This document shows positions 38,214-46,656 of a DNA stretch of 64,000 nucleotides, one piece after another. Source of the DNA: Desulfovibrio sp. (GTDB lineage: Bacteria; Desulfobacterota; Desulfovibrionia; Desulfovibrionales; Desulfovibrionaceae); assembly GCA_031551885.1 (NCBI GenBank), contig JAVBMX010000010.1, positions 1,083 through 65,082 on the forward strand, given 5' to 3'. Below the pieces are notes generated by a model. That model was not told the DNA's origin. It ran no database searches and saw nothing but the letters and a program-made list of their open reading frames with translations. Made by a program: the position numbers and the translations under genes. How positions within the stretch are numbered: position 1 is the stretch's first letter; each line of letters starts with the position of its first letter.

Positions 38214-39268
38214 ACCCGGAATCCCTCTACCGGCGTCTGGCGCCGCTCCTGCGTCCCCTGGCCGCGCCCTATGCCCATATGATGGAACGGCGGCGGCAAG
38301 CCTATGCCTGCGGGCGGAAAGAAACCTACCGCCCCAAAGTTCCGTGTATCTCCCTCGGCAACATCGCCTGGGGCGGCAGCGGTAAAACGCCTTTGACCGG
38401 AGCCCTGCTGACCTGGGCGGCGGAGCGAAACCTTCGGGTTGTGGTGCTTTCGCGCGGTTACGGCGGCGCTCCCGGCGACCGCCCCCTGCTCGTCGCGCCC
38501 GACACTCCGCCGGAACGCTGCGGCGACGAACCCCTCATGCTGGCCCGCGCCCATCCGCAGGCTCGGGTGGTGGTTTTTCCGCGCCGGGCCGAGGCGGCCC
38601 GCTTTGCCGAAAACAACCTGACCCCGGATTTGTTCCTGCTCGACGACGGCATGCAGCATCTGGCCGTGGCCCGGGACCTCGATTTGGTTTTGCTGCGTCC
38701 CGCCGATGTGGCCGAAGAATGGGGACGGGTCATCCCGTCCGGCTCCTGGCGCGAAGGACCCAAAGCCCTGGCGGCCGCCTCGGCGTTTTTCCTGAAAACA
38801 AACGCCGAAACCTTCGATCGCCTGCGTCCCCTGATGGAAAAACGGTTGCGTTCCTTCAACGTTCCCGTGTTCTCGTTCGACCTTGCGCCTTCCGGGCTTG
38901 CGCCGCTCGGGGAAAACGCCTCCCCACCCGACGGGGATTACGCGCTCGCCACCGGCGTGGGTGACCCTGCCGGCGTGGAACGCACCGCCGCCCTTCTGCT
39001 CGGTCGGCCTCCGGCCGCCGTATTTCGCTTTGCGGATCACCACCCCTTCGGCCGGGCGGATGTCGAGCGCATCACCGCTCCCGGCCTGCCGGTCGTCTGC
39101 ACGGCCAAAGACGCGGTCAAGCTCGCCCCCTTCGCGGTCGCTGCGCCCGTTCCCTTTTTCAGCCTGAACGTCCGCCCGGTCTGGGGGCCCGCCCTGTTCA
39201 GCGGGCAACCTTTCCCGCAGTGGTGGGAAGAACGGCTGCACGCCCTCCGGCCGGAGTTTTTCCCATGA
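38210..39268 (+). CDS. lpxK: Tetraacyldisaccharide 4'-kinase
   Basis: ISLGNIAWGGSGKTP, LSRGYG, GDEPLMLA, LLDDGMQH, VCTAKDAVK. Confidence 0.95.
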   Translation: MNPESLYRRLAPLLRPLAAPYAHMMERRRQAYACGRKETYRPKVPCISLGNIAWGGSGKTPLTGALLTWAAERNLRVVVLSRGYGGAPGDRPLLVAPDTPPERCGDEPLMLARAHPQARVVVFPRRAEAARFAENNLTPDLFLLDDGMQHLAVARDLDLVLLRPADVAEEWGRVIPSGSWREGPKALAAASAFFLKTNAETFDRLRPLMEKRLRSFNVPVFSFDLAPSGLAPLGENASPPDGDYALATGVGDPAGVERTAALLLGRPPAAVFRFADHHPFGRADVERITAPGLPVVCTAKDAVKLAPFAVAAPVPFFSLNVRPVWGPALFSGQPFPQWWEERLHALRPEFFP

Positions 39269-41607
39269 GCAAACGTTTTTCGCCGGACGAAACGCCGGAC
39301 GACCTTTCCGCGCTGGTGCTGCGCTGCCTCAAGCAGACGGGCCGGCCGTTGGATCTGGATTCGGTATTGCGCATCCTGCATTTGCCCCGCAAGGCCAAGC
39401 GGGATGTTCAGGCTGTTTTGCGCGAACTGGCGGCGGCCGGTTCGGCGGTTCGGGCGGGCAACGGCTATGCGTTCGCGGGCAAGCTCAAAAGCGTGGAAGG
39501 CGTGGTTTCGGTGCAGCGTTCCGGCGCGGTGTTCCTGACCAGGACCGGTTCGGGCGGGCGGGACGTGTACCTGCACCCGGCGAACCTCGGCGACGCCCGG
39601 CACGGCGACACGGTGCGCGCGGTGATTCTGCCGGGTCGAACCGGCGCTTCGGTCGAAGGCAAGGTTGTGGAAGTGCTGCACCGAGGCATGGTGGAAGTTC
39701 CGGTCACGCCCGTGCGGGAGCAGGCCGACGGGCACTGGGTCTGCACGCCGACCTCGCCGCGCATTCAAACCCTGTTTGTGGTCGATGTTTCGGCCCTGCC
39801 CAAACCGCCGCACCCGGGTGGCACCCTGCTGGTCCGCCCCGGCGAAACGCTCGGGCCCGGCCTGTGCGCGGCCGTGGCCACGGCCGACTTGGGCAATGAA
39901 GACAGCCCGGAGGCCCAGGAACGCCTGACCAAAAGCCTGCACTCCGCGCCCGGCCCCTTCCCCTCCGACGCCCTGGCCCAAGCGGCCGAGGTCCCGGAAC
40001 ACCCGGCCGAAGCCGACTTCTCCGGACGTGAGGATCTGCGCGCCCTTTCGTTTGTGACCATCGACGGCGCCGACGCCAAAGACTTCGACGATGCCGTATA
40101 CGTGGAAGAAACCCCGGCCGGGTATCGCCTGTTGGTGGCCATCGCCGACGTCTCCCACTACGTGCCCGAGGGGTCGCCCCTGGACCGCGAAGCCCTGCGC
40201 CGGGGCAATTCCTGGTATTTTCCGCGTTCCGTGGAACCCATGTTGCCCCATGCCCTGTCCAACGGCCTGTGCAGCCTGAACCCGCAGGTGCCGCGCTTGG
40301 TGATGACGGCGGAACTGCATGTTTCCCCGGCCGGAGCCGTGGGGCGAACCGCGTTTTACCCGGCGGTGATCCACAGCGCGGCCCGGCTCACCTATGATCA
40401 AGTTCGGGACGGGCTGCTGCTGGATACGCCGAACCCCGACGCCCTGCCCGAGGCCGTGACCCCCATGTTGCGCTCGGCCCTGGCCCTGGCCCGCCTTTTG
40501 GCGGATATGCGCCGCCGGCGCGGTTCTCTGGACTTCGATCTGCCCGAGGCCGAATTTTTTTTCGATGCCGAAGGAAACATCGAGCGGATTCACCCCCGCG
40601 AACGCCACTGGGGGCACCGGCTGATCGAGGAATTCATGCTCGCCGCCAACGAAGCCGTGGCCCGTTTTCTGCGCGGCAAGAACCTGCCTTTCCCTTACCG
40701 CCTGCACCCCGCCCCGGACCCGGAAAAGCTGGAAACCCTCGGCGCGTACCTGGCCGGAACGGGCCTCTCGGAGCGACTTGGGCGGGAAAAAAGCAAGCCG
40801 GCAGGCCGGGGGAAGCGGCCGCGCCAAAACCCGGTTCCGGACGTGCGCGCCGTACTTCGGGCCGTGGCCGGAACCCCGGCCGAATACACGGTCAACCGGC
40901 TGGTCCTGCGGGCCATGATGCAGGCCCGCTACAGCCCGGAGGCCGAAGGGCACTTTGGGCTGGCTTCCGATTGCTATTGCCACTTCACGTCACCCATTCG
41001 GCGCTATGCGGACCTCATGGTCCACCGGGCGCTCAAACATACCCTGGCTCTGCCGGGCTATGGCCCGCCACCGTCTTTTGTCCGCCAGGAACGCATCTGC
41101 GAAGACCTCAACCTGTGCGAACGCGCGGCAACGGAAGCCGAACGCGAAATCCACAAGCGTCTGTCCATCCTGCATTTACGCGAACGGATCGGCGAAGAAC
41201 TTGATGGGGTGGTTTCTTCCGTCGCCGACTTCGGTATCTTCGTGGAACTGCCGGAGGTGCTCTGCGACGGGATGATCCGCCTGGGATTCCTGACGGACGA
41301 CTATTACGAATACATCCCTGAGCGCCAGGAACTGCGCGGCAAAAACACCCGGCGGACCTTCCGGCTGGGTATGCCTCTGCGCGTGCGCCTGGTGGAGGCA
41401 AGCCTCGCCCGTTTGGAAATCGATCTCGCTCCGGCGGATCTGGATGTGGACACGGCTTCCGCCTCTTCCCACCCGCCTATGCGCCCGGAGCAGCGCCCCC
41501 CGTCCCGCCGCAAGTCCTCAGCGCCGGAAGCCCGCCGCCCGCACACCCAAAGGAAACCGCGCCGAAACGCGCGCTCATCCCGGAAGACGGCTCGCGGGCG
41601 GAAGTAA
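39265..41607 (+). CDS. rnr: Ribonuclease R (RNB domain + S1, basic C-tail)
   Basis: FVTIDGADAKDFDDA, AIADVSHYV, RGNSWYFP, LIEEFMLAANEAVA, HFTSPIRRYADL, S1 domain. Confidence 0.93.
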   Translation: MSKRFSPDETPDDLSALVLRCLKQTGRPLDLDSVLRILHLPRKAKRDVQAVLRELAAAGSAVRAGNGYAFAGKLKSVEGVVSVQRSGAVFLTRTGSGGRDVYLHPANLGDARHGDTVRAVILPGRTGASVEGKVVEVLHRGMVEVPVTPVREQADGHWVCTPTSPRIQTLFVVDVSALPKPPHPGGTLLVRPGETLGPGLCAAVATADLGNEDSPEAQERLTKSLHSAPGPFPSDALAQAAEVPEHPAEADFSGREDLRALSFVTIDGADAKDFDDAVYVEETPAGYRLLVAIADVSHYVPEGSPLDREALRRGNSWYFPRSVEPMLPHALSNGLCSLNPQVPRLVMTAELHVSPAGAVGRTAFYPAVIHSAARLTYDQVRDGLLLDTPNPDALPEAVTPMLRSALALARLLADMRRRRGSLDFDLPEAEFFFDAEGNIERIHPRERHWGHRLIEEFMLAANEAVARFLRGKNLPFPYRLHPAPDPEKLETLGAYLAGTGLSERLGREKSKPAGRGKRPRQNPVPDVRAVLRAVAGTPAEYTVNRLVLRAMMQARYSPEAEGHFGLASDCYCHFTSPIRRYADLMVHRALKHTLALPGYGPPPSFVRQERICEDLNLCERAATEAEREIHKRLSILHLRERIGEELDGVVSSVADFGIFVELPEVLCDGMIRLGFLTDDYYEYIPERQELRGKNTRRTFRLGMPLRVRLVEASLARLEIDLAPADLDVDTASASSHPPMRPEQRPPSRRKSSAPEARRPHTQRKPRRNARSSRKTARGRK

Positions 41608-41624
41608 TTTATTTACGATATAAG

Positions 41625-41653
41625 TTTACTTATTATACGGATCGCGCTATGCT
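41625..41653 (+). promoter_or_regulatory. Putative sigma70 promoter giving a leaderless nuclease mRNA
   Basis: TTTACT-N17-TATGCT; the ATG at 41660 begins 7 nt after the -10 box; no SD. Confidence 0.5.
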
Positions 41654-41659
41654 TTCCGT

Positions 41660-42154
41660 ATGTTCCGATTTGTACCCGCCATAGCCTTTGCCCTCTGGCT
41701 CGCCCTCTTCCCCGCCGCAACGGGGAACCACGGTGCGCAGCCCGACGTCAAGGCCGTGGTCCTGCAGGTCATTGATGGAGACTCGTTGCTTGTGGACATC
41801 CCCGACTTCCCGCCCGTTGCGGGCAGACGAATCGGCATTCGCGTGGCCGGGTGCGATACGCCCGAGCTTTCCGACGCGAACCCCGAGGTGCGGCGGCGGG
41901 CGTATCAGGCCAAAAACCTGACCGCGCGCCTTGTTCCGCCGGGTTCACAGGTGACCCTGCGCAACATCCGGCGGGACAAGTACTTCCGGCTGCTCTGCGA
42001 GGTGGAAACACCCCAGGGCGATTTGACCACTCTGCTGATTGAGTCCGGCCTCGCTCTACCTTACAATGGCGGGAAAAAACCGCTGCACATGGCCGACGCT
42101 CCGCCCGACCCCGGCGTATCCACGCGCGCATTTCCCGCGCATCTTCCGCATTGA
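41660..42154 (+). CDS. Thermonuclease (SNase-like) family protein with signal/TM segment
   Basis: VIDGDSL, IRVAGCDTPE, RDKYFRLLCEV, LIESGLALPYNGG. Confidence 0.9.
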   Translation: MFRFVPAIAFALWLALFPAATGNHGAQPDVKAVVLQVIDGDSLLVDIPDFPPVAGRRIGIRVAGCDTPELSDANPEVRRRAYQAKNLTARLVPPGSQVTLRNIRRDKYFRLLCEVETPQGDLTTLLIESGLALPYNGGKKPLHMADAPPDPGVSTRAFPAHLPH

Positions 42155-42243
42155 CTTGGGGCTCCGCCCCAAAACCCCGCTGGGGGAAAGAAAACAGGAC
42201 CGTCAAAGTCGGCCGTTCGTCGATACTTCCGCGATGTAACGAG

Positions 42244-42366
42244 CCTGCCTCACACCGAGACGCGGGCGGCACCTGCACCCCCATTGTCGGCAAGTCGGCG
42301 TGAAATGCCGGCTTGCCGACATATGAGGGGGGGTGGGGTGCCGTCCGCGTCTCGGTGTGAGGCAGG
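42244..42366. repeat. 123-bp nested palindrome containing a family-B core
   Basis: 30-bp arms CCTGCCTCACACCGAGACGCGGGCGGCACC / GGTGCCGTCCGCGTCTCGGTGTGAGGCAGG (1 mismatch); inner TGTCGGCAAG...CTTGCCGACA. A GGGGCTCCGCCCC REP half also lies at ~42158..42170. Confidence 0.85.
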
Positions 42367-42430
42367 AGTTCTCACGTAGTGGGAGTAATACTCATCAGGC
42401 GACTTCGGCAGCCCTGCTTGAGCCCCTGGA

Positions 42431-42772
42431 TTATCCTTTGAATTGATCGTAGGCGTCCAAGATTCGCGAGGAGTAGACCAGGGCCGCCCCGGCGTTCAAC
42501 TCCACCGCCACGGTCAACGCTTCCAGAACTTCCTCGCGGGTGGCGCCCTGTTTCACGGCTTCAGCCACATGCACGGCGATGCAGGTGTCGCAACGCGTCG
42601 TGGCGGCGACCGCCAGAGCGATCAGCTCACGAACTTTGGGGCCCAGCACGTTCCGCGTAGCGGACCCTTTGCCCATGCCCACATAGCCCTGCATCAGCTC
42701 GGGGTTGCCTTTGGCCAGCGTGCCGATGGCGGCCGCTCCCTTGCCCAAAAAATCTTTCCAGTCTTGCAGCAT
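42431..42772 (-). CDS. Carboxymuconolactone decarboxylase / AhpD-like protein
   Basis: RELIALAVAATTRCDTCIAVH CxxC motif; GATREEVLEAL; GGAGGA RBS. Confidence 0.9.
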   Translation of the reverse strand: MLQDWKDFLGKGAAAIGTLAKGNPELMQGYVGMGKGSATRNVLGPKVRELIALAVAATTRCDTCIAVHVAEAVKQGATREEVLEALTVAVELNAGAALVYSSRILDAYDQFKG

Positions 42773-42978
42773 ACGATTCCTCCACGGTTGGGGTGCACGT
42801 TCGGCAAATCCATTCAGCCGTCTTGACCCCATCGACGGGCGAAGTCAAGCGCGTAAGACCACGCGGACAGGGTGTTTGCCTCATTGTCTTATTTTTTGCC
42901 AAGGCATTGATGCAGCACCTTCCGCCAAAGCCCGACACCTGTTGAGGCGATTGTTTCTGGCCGTGCTTTCGTCGCCGC

Positions 42979-43007
42979 AAAAAAGCCCGGCGGGCGCCGG
43001 GCTTTTT
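42979..43007 (-). terminator. Terminator closing the virion-gene operon
   Basis: A6-GCCCGGCG/CGCCGGGC-T5, 11 nt after the last module stop. Confidence 0.8.
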
Positions 43008-43017
43008 CCATTCATGT

Positions 43018-43353
43018 TCATTTTCCCCAATAAAACCAGCCACCAAGCCTTACACCCAGCCAGAAAACCCACGGCACATGCGCCCGAACCCACCAGGGAC
43101 GGCCTCGTTTGCGCAGGTTTGCCGCGATGCAACGGCGCAGGATGCCGTCCGCGAAGCACCGATCCCGCGCCTCTTCCCAGAGGTGGCGGAGGAAGGAGCG
43201 CCCGTTGCGCGCTCCGCCCTGCTCATAAAACAGATCGTGCTCGTCGCAGCAGCCGGTAAACGCGAGACGTCGGCCTTCCCCGGCCAGGCGGATATATTTG
43301 TTCCACCACCGGGCCAGGGAGTCCATGCCGCCGGAACAGCCATTTGCGCTCAT
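43018..43353 (-). CDS. Phospholipase A2-like small protein (putative)
   Basis: NGCSGG...GCCDEHDLFYEQGG...FADGILRRC...GVRLGG resembles the prokaryotic sPLA2 His-Asp signature; no signal peptide. Confidence 0.55.
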   Translation of the reverse strand: MSANGCSGGMDSLARWWNKYIRLAGEGRRLAFTGCCDEHDLFYEQGGARNGRSFLRHLWEEARDRCFADGILRRCIAANLRKRGRPWWVRAHVPWVFWLGVRLGGWFYWGK

Positions 43354-43985
43354 TACCATCCCTCCGGCACTTGGAAGGCCGTCGGGTATGCCGTTACCGC
43401 CTCGACGGTCGAAAGCGCCGAAACATCCGCATACATTTTCTGCTGTTGCCCGGTAAGGGAAGCATAAAGCAGCCGCCACTGCCCGGCGTTGGCCAACACC
43501 TTGGCGGCCATGTCGGCCACGGCTTCACCCCTGCCGCGAATCTGCACCAGCAGCGACAACACCGGGGCGAGCGCTTCCGAAGCGCCCCCCGGGTCGGCCA
43601 GAACCGCCCGGGCTTCGGCTTCCTGAATCGGCCAGCCTTCGCGTTCGGCCGCCGGGTAGACGGCTTCGATGGGAGCGAACGCGGCCTGATACGCGGCCAT
43701 CACGGCCGCAAGTTTGGCGGCTTTGGCCTCTTCCAGGGTGAGCGGCCGTTCGACCTTGGTTTCCAGACGCCTCTTTTCCGCTTCCCAGAGCGCGAGATAC
43801 GGCGCGACGACCTCGGTATATTCCTCGGCCGAGAGCGTGCGGTTGGGACAATCCGTAAACTCCATGTGCCCCGAGTCTCCACGCCACTGCAGGGCATGCA
43901 GGTTTTCCGGGGCGATAAAATCAACGTTCAGGCTTACACCGTCAACGATGACGGCCTTATCCTCGGGTATGACTGAGATGTGCAT
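43353..43985 (-). CDS. Tail fibre assembly/chaperone-like protein
   Basis: Directly after the fibre; ALQWRGDSGHMEF, and YPAAEREGWPIQEAEARA typical of fibre chaperones. Confidence 0.7.
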   Translation of the reverse strand: MHISVIPEDKAVIVDGVSLNVDFIAPENLHALQWRGDSGHMEFTDCPNRTLSAEEYTEVVAPYLALWEAEKRRLETKVERPLTLEEAKAAKLAAVMAAYQAAFAPIEAVYPAAEREGWPIQEAEARAVLADPGGASEALAPVLSLLVQIRGRGEAVADMAAKVLANAGQWRLLYASLTGQQQKMYADVSALSTVEAVTAYPTAFQVPEGW

Positions 43986-44009
43986 AAAATCTCCTCGGCG
44001 GCCGCCTGG

Positions 44010-45242
44010 TTACAGTTTCATAATGAAGCACAGGGCGTAGTACGACGGTGTAAGGTCGTGTTCGTGCGGCTGGGAACCGCCGACCGCCCCTGTGGTCGAT
44101 CCTGTGGCCCCGTTGTACCCCCCGCCGGTCGTGCCGCCGCCATACTGCGCACTGTACCCCGGCGCGGTATAGCCGTGCCCGTGGTTGGGCATCTGACTCA
44201 GCGTCAATGTCGTTGCCCCGGTTTTTTTCGAGCCGCCGGTTGTTCCCGGCGTGACCGTGCCGCCCGCGCCGAGAATAAACCGATCAACGAGATTCGGCGT
44301 GCCGTTCGTTCCGTCGCACAGCGCCCAACCGGACGGCACGGTCGCCGCCGCGCCGCTCCACATCACGATGCCGCCCGCGGGGAATCCGGCAGGAATGGCC
44401 CCGACGGCCGCGCCGATGGCCGCCTTCACCCCGGCCGGAGTCGTGGCCTTACCCGCCTCGGTTCCGGCCACGGTCTCCGCCGTTGAAGCAAAGCGCACTT
44501 CGGGAAAATTTTCCCACCCATAGGCGGTCCCGGCCGCGTTCGTTCGATACACCTGCCCGGCCGTGCCTCCTGCCGGAACCAAGCCCAAAGAAGCCGGGGA
44601 AGCGACACCCGCGCCGCCGGCGCTTTGAGCCGCTCGTTCCGCCCACTCCCGGGCGTTCGCCGCCTCCACGCCCGCCTGTTCGGCTGCCGATTCCGCCGCC
44701 GCGAGTTTCGCTTCCGCCTCTTCGACTTTTTCCTCCACCGCACCCCGAAGTGAGGCGGCGACGGCGGCTTCGTTCGCCGAGTCGGCGGCAGCCTTCACGG
44801 CGGTCGCGCGGGCATCAAGCAGGGTTTCGCGCAACTCTTCCGGGGTTCCCGCGTCGCCGTCGGCCAGTTGAATGCTCCGGCGCTGCCGCTCTTTCAGTTG
44901 CAGGCACATAAGGGTGAGCTTGTCCAGACAGTGTTCCAGCACTTCGGCATCCAGAACGCCGTTGTTGCGGAAATCCGTTTCCTGGGTAAAGGGCTGATCC
45001 GGGAAAATGGTCAGCCCCCAGTCTTCGGGCACAGCGGCGTGCACCGTGCCGCCGGCGTGTTCCGACGAGACGGTGACGGTGTAGTCCAGACCGCAGGTCA
45101 AACGATTTTCCGCACCCGACGGTTCGGTCACAACCACGCCCAGATCTTCGCCCTGCAGAAAAGGAAAGCCCACGGGCCAGTCCGTCTGCGCCCCGCCGCC
45201 GATATACCGTTCACGAATAATTTCTCCGGAACTGATGGTCAT
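44010..45242 (-). CDS. Tail fibre protein (T7 gp17-like N-terminus, coiled coil, collar domain, HxH tip)
   Basis: RYIGGGAQTDWPVGFPFL...GLDYTV anchor; PAGGIVMWSG...GWALCDGTNGTPNLVDRFILGAG collar; MPNHGH, PHEH; YYALCFIMKL. Confidence 0.85.
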   Translation of the reverse strand: MTISSGEIIRERYIGGGAQTDWPVGFPFLQGEDLGVVVTEPSGAENRLTCGLDYTVTVSSEHAGGTVHAAVPEDWGLTIFPDQPFTQETDFRNNGVLDAEVLEHCLDKLTLMCLQLKERQRRSIQLADGDAGTPEELRETLLDARATAVKAAADSANEAAVAASLRGAVEEKVEEAEAKLAAAESAAEQAGVEAANAREWAERAAQSAGGAGVASPASLGLVPAGGTAGQVYRTNAAGTAYGWENFPEVRFASTAETVAGTEAGKATTPAGVKAAIGAAVGAIPAGFPAGGIVMWSGAAATVPSGWALCDGTNGTPNLVDRFILGAGGTVTPGTTGGSKKTGATTLTLSQMPNHGHGYTAPGYSAQYGGGTTGGGYNGATGSTTGAVGGSQPHEHDLTPSYYALCFIMKL

Positions 45243-45795
45243 GCCGTTCCCCTTTGCGTGTTTGCGGAAAAATCGCCCGCCCCGCCCCGCGCCGCAAGGC
45301 CGCCCGCGCTTTTCCCAAAGATTGAAGCTGCGCCAACACCGCCTCGGCGGTCGCCTTGCGCAGTTCGGGTTTCGGATTCCCGGAAAGGATCCCGGTCAAC
45401 CGGGATATGTGCCCGGCAACATCCGCCTGTCGCCGCCGCAGGGTTTCTTCCCGCCGCGCCTCACGTTTTTGCGCCTCAAGCGCCTCGTGCTCCAAGGCAA
45501 AAGCCTCGACCGAGGCGCTCAGGTGTTCTTCGGCCTCGGCCCGGGTATCATCGTCCGGCGCTCCGGCCAGCACGGAGCGGAGAAAACCCGCGTCGGGCCG
45601 CCGGGGGACGCCGCCCCCGCCTTGCCCGGCCCCACCTGCGCCGGACTGTTCCAGAAAATGCTCCATGGCCGAATCAACCTTGTGCGCCAAATCCAGGGCT
45701 GTGGAATTCCGATCCCCGCGCGCCTTTTGAGAAGCGATGGTCGGGGCGCCCTGAAACAACGGCCTGCCTTCACCGGCCGGTATACGTATGGACAT
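45211..45795 (-). CDS. Short or truncated internal-virion (ejection)-like protein; possibly a gene remnant
   Basis: AGGAGG RBS; MSIRIP start; Ala/Gln/Glu-rich helical sequence; occupies the slot of the normally very large gp15/gp16-like genes; overlaps the fibre start by 32 nt. Confidence 0.5.
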   Translation of the reverse strand: MSIRIPAGEGRPLFQGAPTIASQKARGDRNSTALDLAHKVDSAMEHFLEQSGAGGAGQGGGGVPRRPDAGFLRSVLAGAPDDDTRAEAEEHLSASVEAFALEHEALEAQKREARREETLRRRQADVAGHISRLTGILSGNPKPELRKATAEAVLAQLQSLGKARAALRRGAGRAIFPQTRKGERHDHQFRRNYS

Positions 45796-45927
45796 GTCTC
45801 CTCCTGAGAACAATTTCACGTTGAAATTGCCTTTGAAGCCCTCTTGCCGGCGGACTTCTGAACGGGACCGCCTATTCATGCGGAGCCGTGGCTAAAACCG
45901 ACTCCGAACAGTGTTGACACGAGATGA

Positions 45928-46116
45928 TTTTTTTGTTCTCCGGCAAGGAGGATAAGCCTTTTATGGAGGGAGTGTACTTTGGCGGTACTCGACCGGCTCA
46001 TTCCCCAGGAGGGGAATCGACGCCGGAGGTTCCCCCGACGGCGCCCCGAAGGGGCGAGGCGCAAGAAGCGCCGAGTCAATAAAAGGCGAAGCCTGACGCC
46101 GCCGGGGGCAAAAAAA
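45928..46116 (+). repeat. Family-C palindromic element with a family-A element nested inside (45995..46079)
   Basis: Arms TTTTTTGTTCTCCGGCAAGGAGG ... CCTGACGCCGCCGGGGGCAAAAAAA and GCCTTTTAT/ATAAAAGGC; GTAC..GTAC palindrome. Confidence 0.8.
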
Positions 46117-46134
46117 CGCTCGTAGCGGCACCGT

Positions 46135-46656
46135 CTAGGAAAACAGGCCGGCAACACTGCCGATGGCGGGGGAAAAATGCTCAAAGGCGTCGAATCCTTT
46201 TTCAAGGGTCGTGCGCCGATCCCGGCCCGCCTCGGCCTGGGATTTCGCCTTGGACTGCAACAGCGAAGACTCGTAGCGCAGATTGCTGTTTTGGTATTGG
46301 GTTTCTTCATCCACGGCGAACAGGTCTTCGGCTCTGCGTCGGGCCGAATCCACCAGCACATCCAGGGCCGAGCCGGTGTCCAGTTCCACCCCGCGCGCCG
46401 CCAGAAGCGATCGCGAAGCCCCGTCGCGGGCCGCGTATTCGCGGGCGCGGTCGCGCTTGGCTTTGTCCGCATCGTAAGCATTTTTCCGAATCTGATGGTC
46501 TTTGAGCGCCGCCTGATGCTCGGTCATGGCCGCCGCGTTCTCCGCCTCACGCTGCGCGGCTTCGCGGTCCGCTTCCGCCCGGGTGAACTCGGTGACCGAA
46601 CGGGCGATGCCGAACGCCCCTCCCATAAGAGAGAGCGGATCAAAACTCATGCACAT
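46135..46656 (-). CDS. Internal virion protein (T7 gp14-like)
   Basis: MCMSFDPLSLMGGA, Ala/Gln/Arg-rich helix, LAARGVELDTGSALDVL; AAAAGGAGG RBS. Confidence 0.7.
   Translation of the reverse strand: MCMSFDPLSLMGGAFGIARSVTEFTRAEADREAAQREAENAAAMTEHQAALKDHQIRKNAYDADKAKRDRAREYAARDGASRSLLAARGVELDTGSALDVLVDSARRRAEDLFAVDEETQYQNSNLRYESSLLQSKAKSQAEAGRDRRTTLEKGFDAFEHFSPAIGSVAGLFS

Noticed and set aside
44010-45242. Diversity-generating retroelement targeting the fibre (as in BPP-1)
   Set aside because: No reverse transcriptase or Avd gene and no duplicated VR/TR sequence in the window.
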